From NCBI RefSeq assembly GCF_900167395.1, contig NZ_FUWK01000001.1, forward strand, positions 164,573 through 196,572: 32,000 bases of DNA, in the 5' to 3' direction. This DNA is from Nitrosomonas europaea. Lineage in GTDB: Bacteria; Pseudomonadota; Gammaproteobacteria; Burkholderiales; Nitrosomonadaceae. The notes under the pieces are model-generated. The model made no database searches. It had not been told where the DNA came from and saw nothing but the letters and a program-made list of their open reading frames with translations. Shown here piece after piece: positions 19,092-28,252 of the stretch. Each line of letters begins with the position of its first letter. Position 1 is the first letter of the stretch. A program made the position numbers and the translations under genes.

Positions 19092-19838
19092 TCAGCCATT
19101 CAGTCGTTCACCTTCCAGATGACGGATGGTCAATACCAGAAAGGTAATGGTGAACAGGAGAAAAAAGACGAGGCTGAACGAGTCGATCAGGCCGATATTG
19201 AAACTTTCGAAATGTCTGAACAGGGAAAAGTGATGCGCGGCGCTTTCCGACTCGATTGCCACGATATCCATTACCCACAGGCACAGCAGCACGCCCAGGC
19301 AACCCAGTGCTGCAACGGTCGGGTGGGATGTGAGGCTGGAAATATACAGCCCCAGTGCAGCAAAACAGCCTGCCAGCAGGATCAATCCGATCACATTACT
19401 CCCCAGCAGGCCAAAATCCAGCGTTCCCCCGGTCAGTAATGAAATGGCCAGTGTTACGATCAGCAGGGGTATCAGGCAGAAGAAAATCATCAGTGCCATG
19501 AATTTGCCCAGTACGATGGCTGATGTGGAAACCGGTGCAGAAATCAGCATGGCCAGTGTATGGTTGCGGCGCTCTTCCGCAAACAGGCGCATGCTCAGCA
19601 CGGGTGTGACGGCCAGCAGTACGATAGAGGCTACGGAAAAAACGGGTGAGATGATCACTTCAGTAACACCTGGCGGGTTGGCCAGTTGTGCCAGTTGGGG
19701 TTGTATTTCGAGAAAAGTGTTCAGCCGTCCCAGAAATACCCAGGCCAGTACCAGTTGCATTCCCGCCAGAAAGATCCATACCAGTGATGACGCGAACAGC
19801 AGTTTCAACTCCTTGCCGGCAATGGTAAGCATCATCAT
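19092..19838 (-). CDS. ABC-2 type transporter permease (GldF-like)
   Basis: 248-aa six-TM hydrophobic protein. 4-nt overlap with the upstream ATPase gene. Confidence 0.75.
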   Translation of the reverse strand: MMMLTIAGKELKLLFASSLVWIFLAGMQLVLAWVFLGRLNTFLEIQPQLAQLANPPGVTEVIISPVFSVASIVLLAVTPVLSMRLFAEERRNHTLAMLISAPVSTSAIVLGKFMALMIFFCLIPLLIVTLAISLLTGGTLDFGLLGSNVIGLILLAGCFAALGLYISSLTSHPTVAALGCLGVLLCLWVMDIVAIESESAAHHFSLFRHFESFNIGLIDSFSLVFFLLFTITFLVLTIRHLEGERLNG

Positions 19839-20605
19839 TGCACTGACTCCCCGGTGGGTGTATTTCCGGCAGTGAGTTGGATGAATATGTTTTCCAGATT
19901 CATGTTTTGCCGTTTCAGGTTATCCAGACTGTCATCCAGCACCAGTTTGCTCTGATGCATGATTTGCACGCGATTGCATACACTTTCCACTTCTGAAAGG
20001 ATGTGCGAGGAAAGAATGATGGCGTGAGTCTTGCCGAGTTCACAAATCAGTGCGCGCACTTTCTGGATCTGATTGGGATCGAGGCCGACTGTGGGTTCAT
20101 CCAGGATGATCAGTTGCGGCCGGTGGATGATCGCCTGCGCAATTGCAACGCGCTGCTGATAACCTTTCGACAGAACGCCAATCAGTCGTTTTCCCACATC
20201 ATTCAGTTCACACTGCTGTTTTACTTCATCCAGGGCAATTTGCAGCGATGTTTTGGCAAGACCATGCAGCCGGGCGGCAAAGCGTAAATACTCATCTACC
20301 GTCAGTTCCTTGTAGAGTGGCGGAATTTCAGGCAGATAACCAATATGGTGTTTTGCTTCCAGCGGATCATCCAGCAGATTGGTTCCGCAAATATGCACGC
20401 TTCCACTGCTCGGTGCCAGATTGCCGGTCAGCATTCGCATGGTGGTACTTTTGCCGGCGCCATTTGGCCCCAGAAACCCGAGAATGTCACCACGGTGCAA
20501 TTTCAGGTTTACATCATGTACGGCGACACGATCACCAAAATGACGGCTTAACCCATTGGCTTCAATGACTGGATGAGGGCTGTTCGAGGTCACATCAATA
20601 AACAT
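19835..20605 (-). CDS. ABC transporter ATP-binding protein (GldA-like)
   Basis: Walker A GPNGAGKSTT, Q-loop, signature LSKGYQQRV, Walker B LIILDEPTVGLD, H-loop SSHIL. Confidence 0.9.
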   Translation of the reverse strand: MFIDVTSNSPHPVIEANGLSRHFGDRVAVHDVNLKLHRGDILGFLGPNGAGKSTTMRMLTGNLAPSSGSVHICGTNLLDDPLEAKHHIGYLPEIPPLYKELTVDEYLRFAARLHGLAKTSLQIALDEVKQQCELNDVGKRLIGVLSKGYQQRVAIAQAIIHRPQLIILDEPTVGLDPNQIQKVRALICELGKTHAIILSSHILSEVESVCNRVQIMHQSKLVLDDSLDNLKRQNMNLENIFIQLTAGNTPTGESVQ

Positions 20606-20961
20606 TATCAGATCCGCACCTCATTATATTACTCATCCCGGCAGATTTTTTCGATAAAAGGGCTGCTCCCTCAATCTCGCGGCTATCATAGGGTCATGAA
20701 TAAGGTCATGAAATTTACTGTATTAACACTTTCCGCAGTTTAGTCCATTCTGAGTCATTTGCTTTGATACAGTGTTGTGCAGAAGATACACTTCGGTTTG
20801 ACAAAGGTAAAAGGATCAAATCATAATCGACGCCGGTAGTATGCGAGCAGTTATGCTGATTGCGATGAGCGGGAGGATCGTGACAGTGCGAGTGGTCGTA
20901 TAAAAAGAGTGAGTGTGGTGATTGACACAGTATTTTTATACCTGAGGATAAGGACAACAGC

Positions 20962-21657
20962 ATGAAAAAAATGATATTAGCCAGGAAATACCTGATGGGA
21001 GCCGTTATTTTGCCCGGATTGCTGGCATCCGGAGCCGTAATGGCCAATACACATGAGGAAGAAAGACAGGGTTTGAGTGCGGTGGACAAAGCTGAGGCTT
21101 ACGCTGTGGATGATCGTGGTGTCGTAGCGAGAAATTCGACTGGCCTGTGCTGGCGTACCGGCTACTGGACACCTGCCAAAGCCATCTATGAGTGCGATCC
21201 TGATCTGGTCAAACAACCTGAACAAGTGGTTGAGGCACCACCACCGGTAGTTCCTGTTGTTACCGAACCTGAGAAAGTATCTTTTTCTGCTGATGCCTTG
21301 TTCGATTTTGACAAGGCCGTCCTGAAACCAGCCGGCAAACAGGCACTGGATGATTTTGCTGCTAACTTGGAAGGCGTGAATTACGACTTGATCATTGCTG
21401 TAGGTTATACCGACCGTATCGGTTCGGAAGCTTATAACAAAAACCTGTCCATAAAACGCGCGGAAGCAGTCAAGAGCTATCTGGTTTCCAAAGGAATCGG
21501 CTCTGATCGTATCTTCACGGATGGTAAAGGTGAAGCCAACCCGGTTACGGGTGATTCCTGCCATGGAACCAAGGCAACCAGAGCTTTGATCGATTGTCTG
21601 GCGCCGGATCGTCGTGTGGAAATTGAAGTTGCCGGTACGAGAGAAACCGTTAACTAA
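20962..21657 (+). CDS. OmpA-family peptidoglycan-associated outer-membrane protein
   Basis: Signal peptide, Pro-rich linker [14 protein letters not shown], and C-terminal OmpA domain ([10 protein letters not shown]...[23 protein letters not shown]...[11 protein letters not shown]). Confidence 0.88.
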   Translation: MKKMILARKYLMGAVILPGLLASGAVMANTHEEERQGLSAVDKAEAYAVDDRGVVARNSTGLCWRTGYWTPAKAIYECDPDLVKQPEQVVEAPPPVVPVVTEPEKVSFSADALFDFDKAVLKPAGKQALDDFAANLEGVNYDLIIAVGYTDRIGSEAYNKNLSIKRAEAVKSYLVSKGIGSDRIFTDGKGEANPVTGDSCHGTKATRALIDCLAPDRRVEIEVAGTRETVN

Positions 21658-21685
21658 AATTTGATTCATATTCGTTTGGATCGCT

Positions 21686-21715
21686 AAAAAGCCCTGCCGG
21701 TGTGCAGGGCTTTTT
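21686..21715 (+). terminator. Rho-independent terminator after ompA-family gene
   Basis: aaaaa-GCCCTGC-cggtg-tGCAGGGC-ttttt. Confidence 0.8.
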
Positions 21716-21833
21716 AGTATTGAAAGAGATCCCGATCGGGAACTTGTTATACTGGGATCAAGCTACGAATCACCCAAGCGTATGGTTTATTGGCAAAAGC
21801 ATTTTTCCGGTTAATTTTCAGGTAAGTAATCGT

Positions 21834-22541
21834 ATGGATAATGATGGTATCAATGCAGATCCAATGGAGCTGGAAAAATTCAGCCAACTGGCACACCACT
21901 GGTGGGATCCAAACAGTGAATTCAAACCGTTACATGAAATCAATCCGCTCCGGCTGAACTATATCGATGAAATTATTGGCGGGCTAAGTGAGAAAACAGT
22001 CATCGATGTTGGCTGTGGTGGCGGAATATTGTCAGAATCCATGGCAGCACGTGGCGCCAGCGTGACGGGAATCGATCTGAGCGACAAGGCGTTGAAAGTA
22101 GCGAAATTACACCTGCTGGAAAGTGGTAATCAGGTTGATTACCGTAAAATAACCGTGGAAGCACTTGCAACGGAACGTCCCCGCTACTACGACGTCGTTA
22201 CCTGTATGGAAATGCTGGAGCACGTGCCTGATCCTGCCAGTGTGATTCAATCTTGTGCTCGCCTTGTGAAAAGTGGTGGATGGGTATTTTTTTCGACGCT
22301 GAACCGTAATCCGAAATCCTATCTCTATGCCATCATCGGCGCTGAATACATCCTTCGGCTGCTGCCGCGGGGAACGCACGAATATGCAAAGTTCATCAAG
22401 CCTTCTGAATTGGCACACATGGCTCGCAGTGCCGGACTCATGGAATCCGGAATCGTCGGTATGACCTACAATCCGATTACAAAGGTTTATGCACTAGAAG
22501 CAGATACCAGTGTCAATTACATCATGGCGTTCCGGGCCTGA
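21834..22541 (+). CDS. ubiG: Bifunctional 3-demethylubiquinol 3-O-methyltransferase / 2-polyprenyl-6-hydroxyphenol methylase
   Basis: Start at the internal ATG 21834. [33 protein letters not shown] and the SAM motif [13 protein letters not shown], then [15 protein letters not shown]. The upstream part of the 21702 ORF overlaps the terminator. Confidence 0.9.
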   Translation: MDNDGINADPMELEKFSQLAHHWWDPNSEFKPLHEINPLRLNYIDEIIGGLSEKTVIDVGCGGGILSESMAARGASVTGIDLSDKALKVAKLHLLESGNQVDYRKITVEALATERPRYYDVVTCMEMLEHVPDPASVIQSCARLVKSGGWVFFSTLNRNPKSYLYAIIGAEYILRLLPRGTHEYAKFIKPSELAHMARSAGLMESGIVGMTYNPITKVYALEADTSVNYIMAFRA

Positions 22542-22567
22542 TTCGAGGTTAATGCATTTAACGACGG

Positions 22568-23215
22568 ATGATCGAAGCCGTTTTATTTGATTTCGACGGC
22601 ACCCTTGCGGATACCGCACCGGATCTCGGTCGCGCACTCAACCGGCAACGTACTGCCCGCAATCAGCCTCCTCTGCCGATCGAACTGATCCGTACCGAAG
22701 CTTCTGCCGGAGCACGCGGGTTACTAAGTCTCGGTTTTGACCTGAAACCGGGCGACCCTGAATATCAGGCTATGCGAGAGGAATTTCTTTCGTTTTATAC
22801 CGAGCAGTTATGCCAGGATACTTGCCTGTTTCCGGGAATCACCGAACTGCTCGAACAACTGGATAGCCGGGCCATTCCATGGGGAATCGTCACCAATAAG
22901 CCTGCAAAATTCACCGGACCACTGATGCATCTGCTGGGTTTACACCATCGTGCAGCCTGTATCATCAGTGGAGATGATACTCCTTACAGCAAACCACATC
23001 CTGAGCCGTTACTTACTGCCTGTCGCCAGATAAACATGGCTCCTGATCATTGTATTTATCTGGGTGACGATATTCGTGATGTACAGGCCAGCCTCGCTGC
23101 CGGGGTGAAACCCATCGTGGCACTCTACGGCTATCTTGGCAATTGTGCGCCACCGGAGACGTGGGGTGCTGCTGAACTGATCGATCACCCGCGTGATCTG
23201 CTGCATCACATTTAA
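22568..23215 (+). CDS. gph: HAD-superfamily phosphoglycolate phosphatase
   Basis: HAD motif I VLFDFDGTLADT, motif II VTNK, motif III/IV KPHPEPLL...YLGDDIRDVQA. Conserved ubiG-gph pairing. Confidence 0.8.
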   Translation: MIEAVLFDFDGTLADTAPDLGRALNRQRTARNQPPLPIELIRTEASAGARGLLSLGFDLKPGDPEYQAMREEFLSFYTEQLCQDTCLFPGITELLEQLDSRAIPWGIVTNKPAKFTGPLMHLLGLHHRAACIISGDDTPYSKPHPEPLLTACRQINMAPDHCIYLGDDIRDVQASLAAGVKPIVALYGYLGNCAPPETWGAAELIDHPRDLLHHI

Positions 23216-23288
23216 TCTGTTACAATCCACCCCCCCGGTTGAACTTTCTCATTAATACTAGCTCTTAAACGACAAGAATTTATTATTA

Positions 23289-23648
23289 GGGGGCGATCCG
23301 GTTTCGACGTGGGTTGCAAAGCAGCGCAGGGCATACCGAGGTTCAGTACCCTCGTAAAACAGCTGAAAAAAAATAGTCGCAAACGACGAAAACTACGCTT
23401 TAGCCGCTTAATCCGGCTAAACTCCACACCGGTGGGCCTCAACGCCGGGTCTGGCAACAGACAGTGGAGTCATTAACGAGGATCGCGTTTTGCAGGGTTA
23501 CTTTGCAGAGCGCTAAAAAATAGGTAACTCGCCTGTCATCAGCCTGCCGGTTGGCGGATGCCAGGTCAAATTAAATAACATGGCTAAGTATGTAGAACTG
23601 TCTGTAGAGGACTTGCGGACGCGGGTTCAATTCCCGCCGCCTCCACCA
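23289..23648 (+). ncRNA. ssrA: tmRNA (SsrA)
   Basis: 5' GGGGGCGATCCGGTTTCGACG, internal tag frame, and 3' tRNA-like end GGACGCGGGTTCAATTCCCGCCGCCTCCACCA. Collinear with E. coli ssrA. Confidence 0.95.
23379..23411 (+). other. tmRNA proteolysis-tag reading frame ANDENYALAA-stop
   Basis: GCA AAC GAC GAA AAC TAC GCT TTA GCC GCT TAA, preceded by the conserved AAAAAATAGTC resume region. Confidence 0.9.
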
Positions 23649-23657
23649 ATAACAAAA

Positions 23658-23685
23658 CCCCAACCATTCTCGGTTGGGGTTTTTT
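23658..23685 (+). terminator. Rho-independent terminator of ssrA
   Basis: CCCCAACC-attctc-GGTTGGGG followed by TTTTTT. Confidence 0.85.
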
Positions 23686-23981
23686 CTTGCCTGATCGCAC
23701 CGGTTCCCGCGTGTTCTTGCGGGTTCCTGCGGAAGCCTGCGGACTGCACCGGTCAGCCTCTCAGCCCGTTCCGGACCACATTCCACTCTCTCCTGGCCAT
23801 TCCTCGCTCCGACCTCGCTCCCTGAAACCGGCCCGAAGTCCGCAAAGACCGCAAGTCAGCCCCATACAAATCAGAGAGTTACGCGCGGACGAATCAAGCC
23901 GTTGGATTGCAGCATCGGGTGGCGGAGGAAACAAGTTCGCGCAGACGACCCGTCTGCATCAACGCTTACAGCAGTGTCTTT

Positions 23982-24007
23982 CCTTGTGAACCTACCGCTT
24001 CACAAGG
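23982..24007 (+). promoter_or_regulatory. 9-bp perfect inverted repeat (possible operator or RNA hairpin) 50 nt upstream of the first cassette gene
   Basis: CCTTGTGAA-cctaccgc-TTCACAAGG, followed by three GTCAA(C/T) copies at 24009, 24028 and 24040 and the GGAG RBS at 24047. Confidence 0.3.
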
Positions 24008-24056
24008 TGTCAACTATACTGTAAAGTGTCAATCCCGCCGTCAACTGGAGAGTGCC

Positions 24057-24860
24057 ATGGGCCAAAAAATGAAGAACGCACCGGTGTACTTCACCATTGC
24101 CCAAGTCCGGCACAACCCCGTCCTTCGGCTCGGCTCCTACGCACCCGACATCCAGGATCGTATGCGGAAAGCGGGCTACCCCGACTTCAAGAAAGGGATC
24201 GCCATGGCATTTACGCTTGCGCCACAACTGGGAGACGCCCCACAAACACAGCCCCCGGTCGTTGAACAAGTCGAGCGACTGATGTTTTTTAGCACTGACA
24301 GCACCAGGGGGTTCATCGTCGAACAGAATGCCCTATCGTTTCACACGACAGAGTATGAAACGTTTGAAGCGCTTGCTGACGAATTCATGCGAGGGTTGGC
24401 CATCGTTCACGAATGCGTCACGTTGGCCCACTCCGAGCGGATTGGTCTACGGTACCTCGACGCAGTCGTTCCTCCTGGTGGTGAGACAGGGCTCGCTGAG
24501 TACTTGGCGCCTGGCGTGCTCGGGCTGAGCAGCCGTTTGCCGGAAGATGTCACGGTCTCTCACTCGTTTTCCGAAACACATATCCAAACAGCCAAGTGCG
24601 CCGTTCTCGCACGAACGATCATCCAATCTGGGCCGCTAGGATTTCCAATGGATCTTCAACCCATTGGAGTGAAGGTTGCCGATCGATTCCGCGAGATCAA
24701 TGGCGTTCATGCCATCGTTGATACCGATGCTTCAATCGAAGGCCGGCACCCTTTCAATCTGGAACTCATAAAATCTCAGCTGCAAGTGTTGCGTGATGGT
24801 GTCGGCATTGCATTTGACGCAACTGTTACGCCGATCGCGGTCTCAGCGTGGAATAGCTAA
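24057..24860 (+). CDS. TIGR04255-family protein (uncharacterised)
   Basis: Start at the ATG with GGAG 6 nt upstream. N-terminal NAPVYFTIAQVRHNP and the central ERIGLRYLDAV resemble the family hallmarks (aPLvEvifEirF ... RiGLRYiN). Recalled from memory, not searched. Confidence 0.65.
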   Translation: MGQKMKNAPVYFTIAQVRHNPVLRLGSYAPDIQDRMRKAGYPDFKKGIAMAFTLAPQLGDAPQTQPPVVEQVERLMFFSTDSTRGFIVEQNALSFHTTEYETFEALADEFMRGLAIVHECVTLAHSERIGLRYLDAVVPPGGETGLAEYLAPGVLGLSSRLPEDVTVSHSFSETHIQTAKCAVLARTIIQSGPLGFPMDLQPIGVKVADRFREINGVHAIVDTDASIEGRHPFNLELIKSQLQVLRDGVGIAFDATVTPIAVSAWNS

Positions 24861-24879
24861 AAACGCAAAGGAGATAAAC

Positions 24880-25548
24880 ATGTACGCAGCCTATCAGACC
24901 AATGGTCCAGCAAGACCCATAGCCCGAACTGCCGCATTTACGAAAGAAGATGATCTTCTTGTGGACATGGCGCGGCAGAATAATCTTCGAGGGCGCATCT
25001 TGACCTATTGCGTAGCTGGTACGTTTGGATTGCTGTCGCCGAACTATTTGCACGCTAGCGCGGCTACTGCAAATTGGGACATCAACCAGATCGAGATCAG
25101 CGGACTGAGCGAGAGCTCGGTAGGCGCCATCAGCGAATCTGCTCGAGACATCGCACACATTCGTGCGGTCACGAAGATCTCAGTTTCCGAGCTTTCCAGG
25201 GTATTTGGCGTATCGCGACAAGCAGTACATGAGTGGATTAAGGGAGGCACTCTTTCGCAGCGAAACGCACAACGTCTTTCAGAGCTGGCACGAGCGACTG
25301 ACGTATTCATTGAAGCTGAGATCGAGGCATCCCCTCAAGTTTTCCGCAGAAAGATTGCTGGTGGCCAGTCCATTTTGGACGCCGTCAGAGAAAACGGAAA
25401 TGCCGTGGAGTTGGCAAAAACGCTCGCCGCCACTCTGGTCAGGGAATCCCAGCAACGCCAGCGCCTCGCTGCACGTCTAGCGGGAAGATCTGCGACTCCC
25501 GGTACTTCCACAGAATTTGGTTCTCCTCACCTTGATGAAGATGCGTGA
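24880..25548 (+). CDS. Xre-like HTH protein with DUF2384-like C-terminal region (MbcA/ParS/Xre antitoxin-type architecture), unusual ~95-aa N-terminal extension
   Basis: AAGGAG RBS 7 nt upstream of ATG 24880. HTH is ISVSELSRVFGVSRQAVHEWIKGGTLSQRNAQRLSEL, followed by FRRKIAGGQSILDAVRENGNAVELAKTL, which resembles the toxin-binding DUF2384 motif. Confidence 0.55.
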   Translation: MYAAYQTNGPARPIARTAAFTKEDDLLVDMARQNNLRGRILTYCVAGTFGLLSPNYLHASAATANWDINQIEISGLSESSVGAISESARDIAHIRAVTKISVSELSRVFGVSRQAVHEWIKGGTLSQRNAQRLSELARATDVFIEAEIEASPQVFRRKIAGGQSILDAVRENGNAVELAKTLAATLVRESQQRQRLAARLAGRSATPGTSTEFGSPHLDEDA

Positions 25549-25559
25549 GGGGCCAGTGC

Positions 25560-26411
25560 ATGGCAGACAATGATCGGCAGTTTTCATGGCGCCAAGGCAA
25601 TGTCGTAACTCTTGAAGCAGCGAAGGCGCTCAATCTGCTGGCTCCCGAATGTGATGATCAGCACTTCGCTGTGGTCGCTTCCCACGACTGCGACCTATCA
25701 GCATCGCAGGACAAAGAACCATGCGTTGAGGTCGTGGTCGGCAAACGCATTGACAAGCTTGGCGGAGATTCATTCGGCAAAACTGCCAGGCGCCTGCACA
25801 TCGAATATCAGTCAGAGGCCGGACCCGTAGCAATCGAACTATTGGCAACGAGTAAGCGGCCAGTAGCAAAGCATGAACTATTTTCCACTCACCCCCGCCA
25901 AGACATATGGCTTGATGGCCAGGGTATCGGAATACTTCAGCGGTGGCTCGCGTCTCGTTATCACCGCGCCGCGTTTCCAGAAGCTTTTGAGGACCGCCTG
26001 CGTAGTGCCAACCTACCAGGAAAACGAACCTTTCTTAAACGCATAGAGGGCATCCTGGCAGACGGTGGCGATCACATACGCGCACTGCTTTTCGATCTTG
26101 ATGAAGGTAAAGACGTTGAGCGCGATGGGCCGGATGACGTCTATCAGCTTGGGATTGTCGTGCTCTATGACAGCCTTCGAGACGAGCCTGCTGCTGCACA
26201 AGTCGCAGGCAAGGCAGCTGAAGCGCTGGAAGAGCTTTTCGAGGCAGCCTTTCACCCCAAGGACTCAGGATGGAAAAACATCTGCCTCATGTATTGCGAC
26301 CCAATTTCGGACAGTGCCATTACCGTCGCTCAACGTGAGATGCTGAAGCAATGGCGCCTGGAGCATATGAGCCTTCAAGAAGACCCTCCACAACCAATGA
26401 TCACACCTTGA
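25560..26411 (+). CDS. Hypothetical 283-aa protein, no recognisable domain (candidate effector/toxin)
   Basis: Long ORF with island-typical GC3 bias. ATG 25560 is preceded by GAGGGG; an alternative GTG at 25545 overlaps the upstream stop. Notable motif FAVVASHDCDL...EPCVEVVVGKRIDK. Confidence 0.6.
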   Translation: MADNDRQFSWRQGNVVTLEAAKALNLLAPECDDQHFAVVASHDCDLSASQDKEPCVEVVVGKRIDKLGGDSFGKTARRLHIEYQSEAGPVAIELLATSKRPVAKHELFSTHPRQDIWLDGQGIGILQRWLASRYHRAAFPEAFEDRLRSANLPGKRTFLKRIEGILADGGDHIRALLFDLDEGKDVERDGPDDVYQLGIVVLYDSLRDEPAAAQVAGKAAEALEELFEAAFHPKDSGWKNICLMYCDPISDSAITVAQREMLKQWRLEHMSLQEDPPQPMITP

Positions 26412-26432
26412 TCCAACTGAACGGAGCGACTC

Positions 26433-26900
26433 CTAAGCGTCCTGCATGAGACGGGAAGTGCTAAACGAAGTGTCCCAGACTTTTCTCCGCTGCTCATCCC
26501 ACAACGCGGGCGGGTCCACCGCCAGGTCAAACAGCGTGACGTGGTTCGGCAATGCGTCGTCCAGGATGGCCGCCACGATGTCGGGCGCCAGCGTGGTCAG
26601 GTTGACCATCCGGCTGACGTAGCTGTTGTCGATTCCTTCCCGCGTGGCGATCTCCTTCAAGGACTTCGCCTCTCCTGATTCGAGCATCGCCAGCCAGCGG
26701 TGACCCCTAGCCAGCGCCAGTTGGATGGAGGTCGGTGCCACGTCCCACGGCCTGACCGGCGCAGTTTCGCCGTTTGGCAAGGTGACCAGTTTGCGGCCGC
26801 TGCGGCGTTTGATCTGGATCGGCACTGACAGGGTCAGCCTGCCGTCGCTGGTCTGCAGGATGTCCGGCTCACCGGTCTTCTGGATTCGGATGTCGCTCAT
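26433..26900 (-). CDS. ParB/KorB-like HTH DNA-binding protein, last gene of recombinase operon
   Basis: SLKEIATREGIDNSYVSRMVNLTTLAPDIVAAILD resembles the ParB-type HTH plus following helix. ATGA-type overlap with the recombinase stop. Confidence 0.55.
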   Translation of the reverse strand: MSDIRIQKTGEPDILQTSDGRLTLSVPIQIKRRSGRKLVTLPNGETAPVRPWDVAPTSIQLALARGHRWLAMLESGEAKSLKEIATREGIDNSYVSRMVNLTTLAPDIVAAILDDALPNHVTLFDLAVDPPALWDEQRRKVWDTSFSTSRLMQDA

Positions 26901-28252
26901 GCCCGTGCTACCTCCTGTTGCTCGACCGGTTCGGGGCGCAGCTCCAGCACCAGACGCTCAATGCCGTTGGCGCGCAGCCGCACTTCGAGGTCATTGGGCG
27001 ACACGATGACTTTCTCCACCAGCAACTTCACGATCCGGGTCTGCTCGGCCGGGAACAGTTGATCCCAAATCGCGTCGAGCCGGGTCATGGCCACGGTGAT
27101 CTTCGCCTCGTCCAAAGTAGGATCGAGCTTGATCGCCTGCGGCAACATCTCACCCAGGAGATTCGGGGCACGCAGGATTGCGCGCAGTTGATCGAGCACC
27201 GCCGACTCGAGTTCTGCGGCCGGCAATCGCGGCAACCCCGAGGCACCCGCGTGTTCCTTGGCGTCGCGCTGGGGCACGTAGTAACGGTAGCGCCGGCCAT
27301 TCTTCTTGGTGGTGTGCCACGGCGACAGTGCGCGGCCGTCGTTGCCGAACACGATGCCCTTGAGCAGATAGGGAACCTTGGCCCGCGTCGTGTTGCCCCG
27401 CACTCGACCATTCGTCTCCAGGATCGCATGGACGCTGTCCCACAGTTCGCGGTTGATGATGGGCGGGTGCTCGGCCTGGTACCACTGGTCCTTGTGACGC
27501 AACTCGCCAAGGTAAGTCCGGTTACTGAGGAGCTTGTAGATGTGGCCCTTGTCGATCAGCCTGCCATCGCGAGTCTTGCCGTCTTGTGTGGTCCACGCCT
27601 TCGACGTCACGCCATCCAGTTTCAGCTCCTTGACCAGTGCGGTGCTGGAACCGAGCTCGACGAAACGCTGGAAGATGTGCCGGATCAGTTTGGCCTCGCG
27701 CTCGTTGGGCACCAACCGCCGGTTCTCGACGTCGTAGCCCAGCGGCGGCACGCCACCCATCCACATACCCTTGCGCTTGCTGGCCGAGATCTTGTCGCGG
27801 ATACGTTCGCCGGTGACTTCGCGCTCGAACTGCGCGAAGGACAGCAGGATGTTCAACATCAACCTGCCCATCGAGGTCGTCGTGTTGAACTGCTGGGTGA
27901 CCGACACGAACGACACAGCGTAGCGCTCGAACACTTCGACCATCTTGGAGAAGTCGGCCAGGCTGCGTGTCAGGCGGTCGATCTTGTAGATGACGACCAC
28001 GTCGATCTTGCCGGCTTCGATGTCCGCCATCATGCGCTGGAGCGCCGGGCGTTCCATGTTGCCGCCGGAAAAGGCGGGATCGTCGTAATCGTCGGCGACC
28101 GGAATCCAGCCTTCGGCGCGCTGGCTGGCGATGTAGGCATGACCGGCATCGCGCTGCGCGTCGATCGAGTTGTACTCCTGGTCCAGCCCTTCATCGGTGG
28201 ATTTGCGCGTGTAGACCGCACAGCGCATGCGGCGCTTCAAGACTTCGCTCAT
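26897..28252 (-). CDS. Large serine recombinase (resolvase/invertase catalytic domain plus recombinase domain)
   Basis: CAVYTRKSTDEG...SIDAQ (catalytic Ser), DVVVIYKIDRLTRSL, GRLMLNILLSFAQFEREVTGERIRDK, GGVPPLGYD, then a recombinase/coiled-coil C-terminus. 451 aa. Confidence 0.9.
   Translation of the reverse strand: MSEVLKRRMRCAVYTRKSTDEGLDQEYNSIDAQRDAGHAYIASQRAEGWIPVADDYDDPAFSGGNMERPALQRMMADIEAGKIDVVVIYKIDRLTRSLADFSKMVEVFERYAVSFVSVTQQFNTTTSMGRLMLNILLSFAQFEREVTGERIRDKISASKRKGMWMGGVPPLGYDVENRRLVPNEREAKLIRHIFQRFVELGSSTALVKELKLDGVTSKAWTTQDGKTRDGRLIDKGHIYKLLSNRTYLGELRHKDQWYQAEHPPIINRELWDSVHAILETNGRVRGNTTRAKVPYLLKGIVFGNDGRALSPWHTTKKNGRRYRYYVPQRDAKEHAGASGLPRLPAAELESAVLDQLRAILRAPNLLGEMLPQAIKLDPTLDEAKITVAMTRLDAIWDQLFPAEQTRIVKLLVEKVIVSPNDLEVRLRANGIERLVLELRPEPVEQQEVARA

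Noticed and set aside
20977-21669. 230-aa ORF antisense to the ompA-family gene, and the 124-aa ORF at 20715..21089
   Set aside because: The opposite strand carries clear OmpA-domain motifs and a terminator. The 124-aa ORF spans the divergent promoter region and has no RBS or motif.
23571-23825. 71-aa (-) and 81-aa (+) ORFs, plus the 23212..23457 (-) ORF
   Set aside because: They overlap the tmRNA gene, its terminator and the flanking leader, and are explained by the ncRNA.
23687-23989. 100-aa plus-strand ORF in the island left arm
   Set aside because: It has a Pro/Arg/Ser-rich low-complexity translation, no RBS and no GC3 bias comparable to neighbouring island genes. Treated as non-coding.
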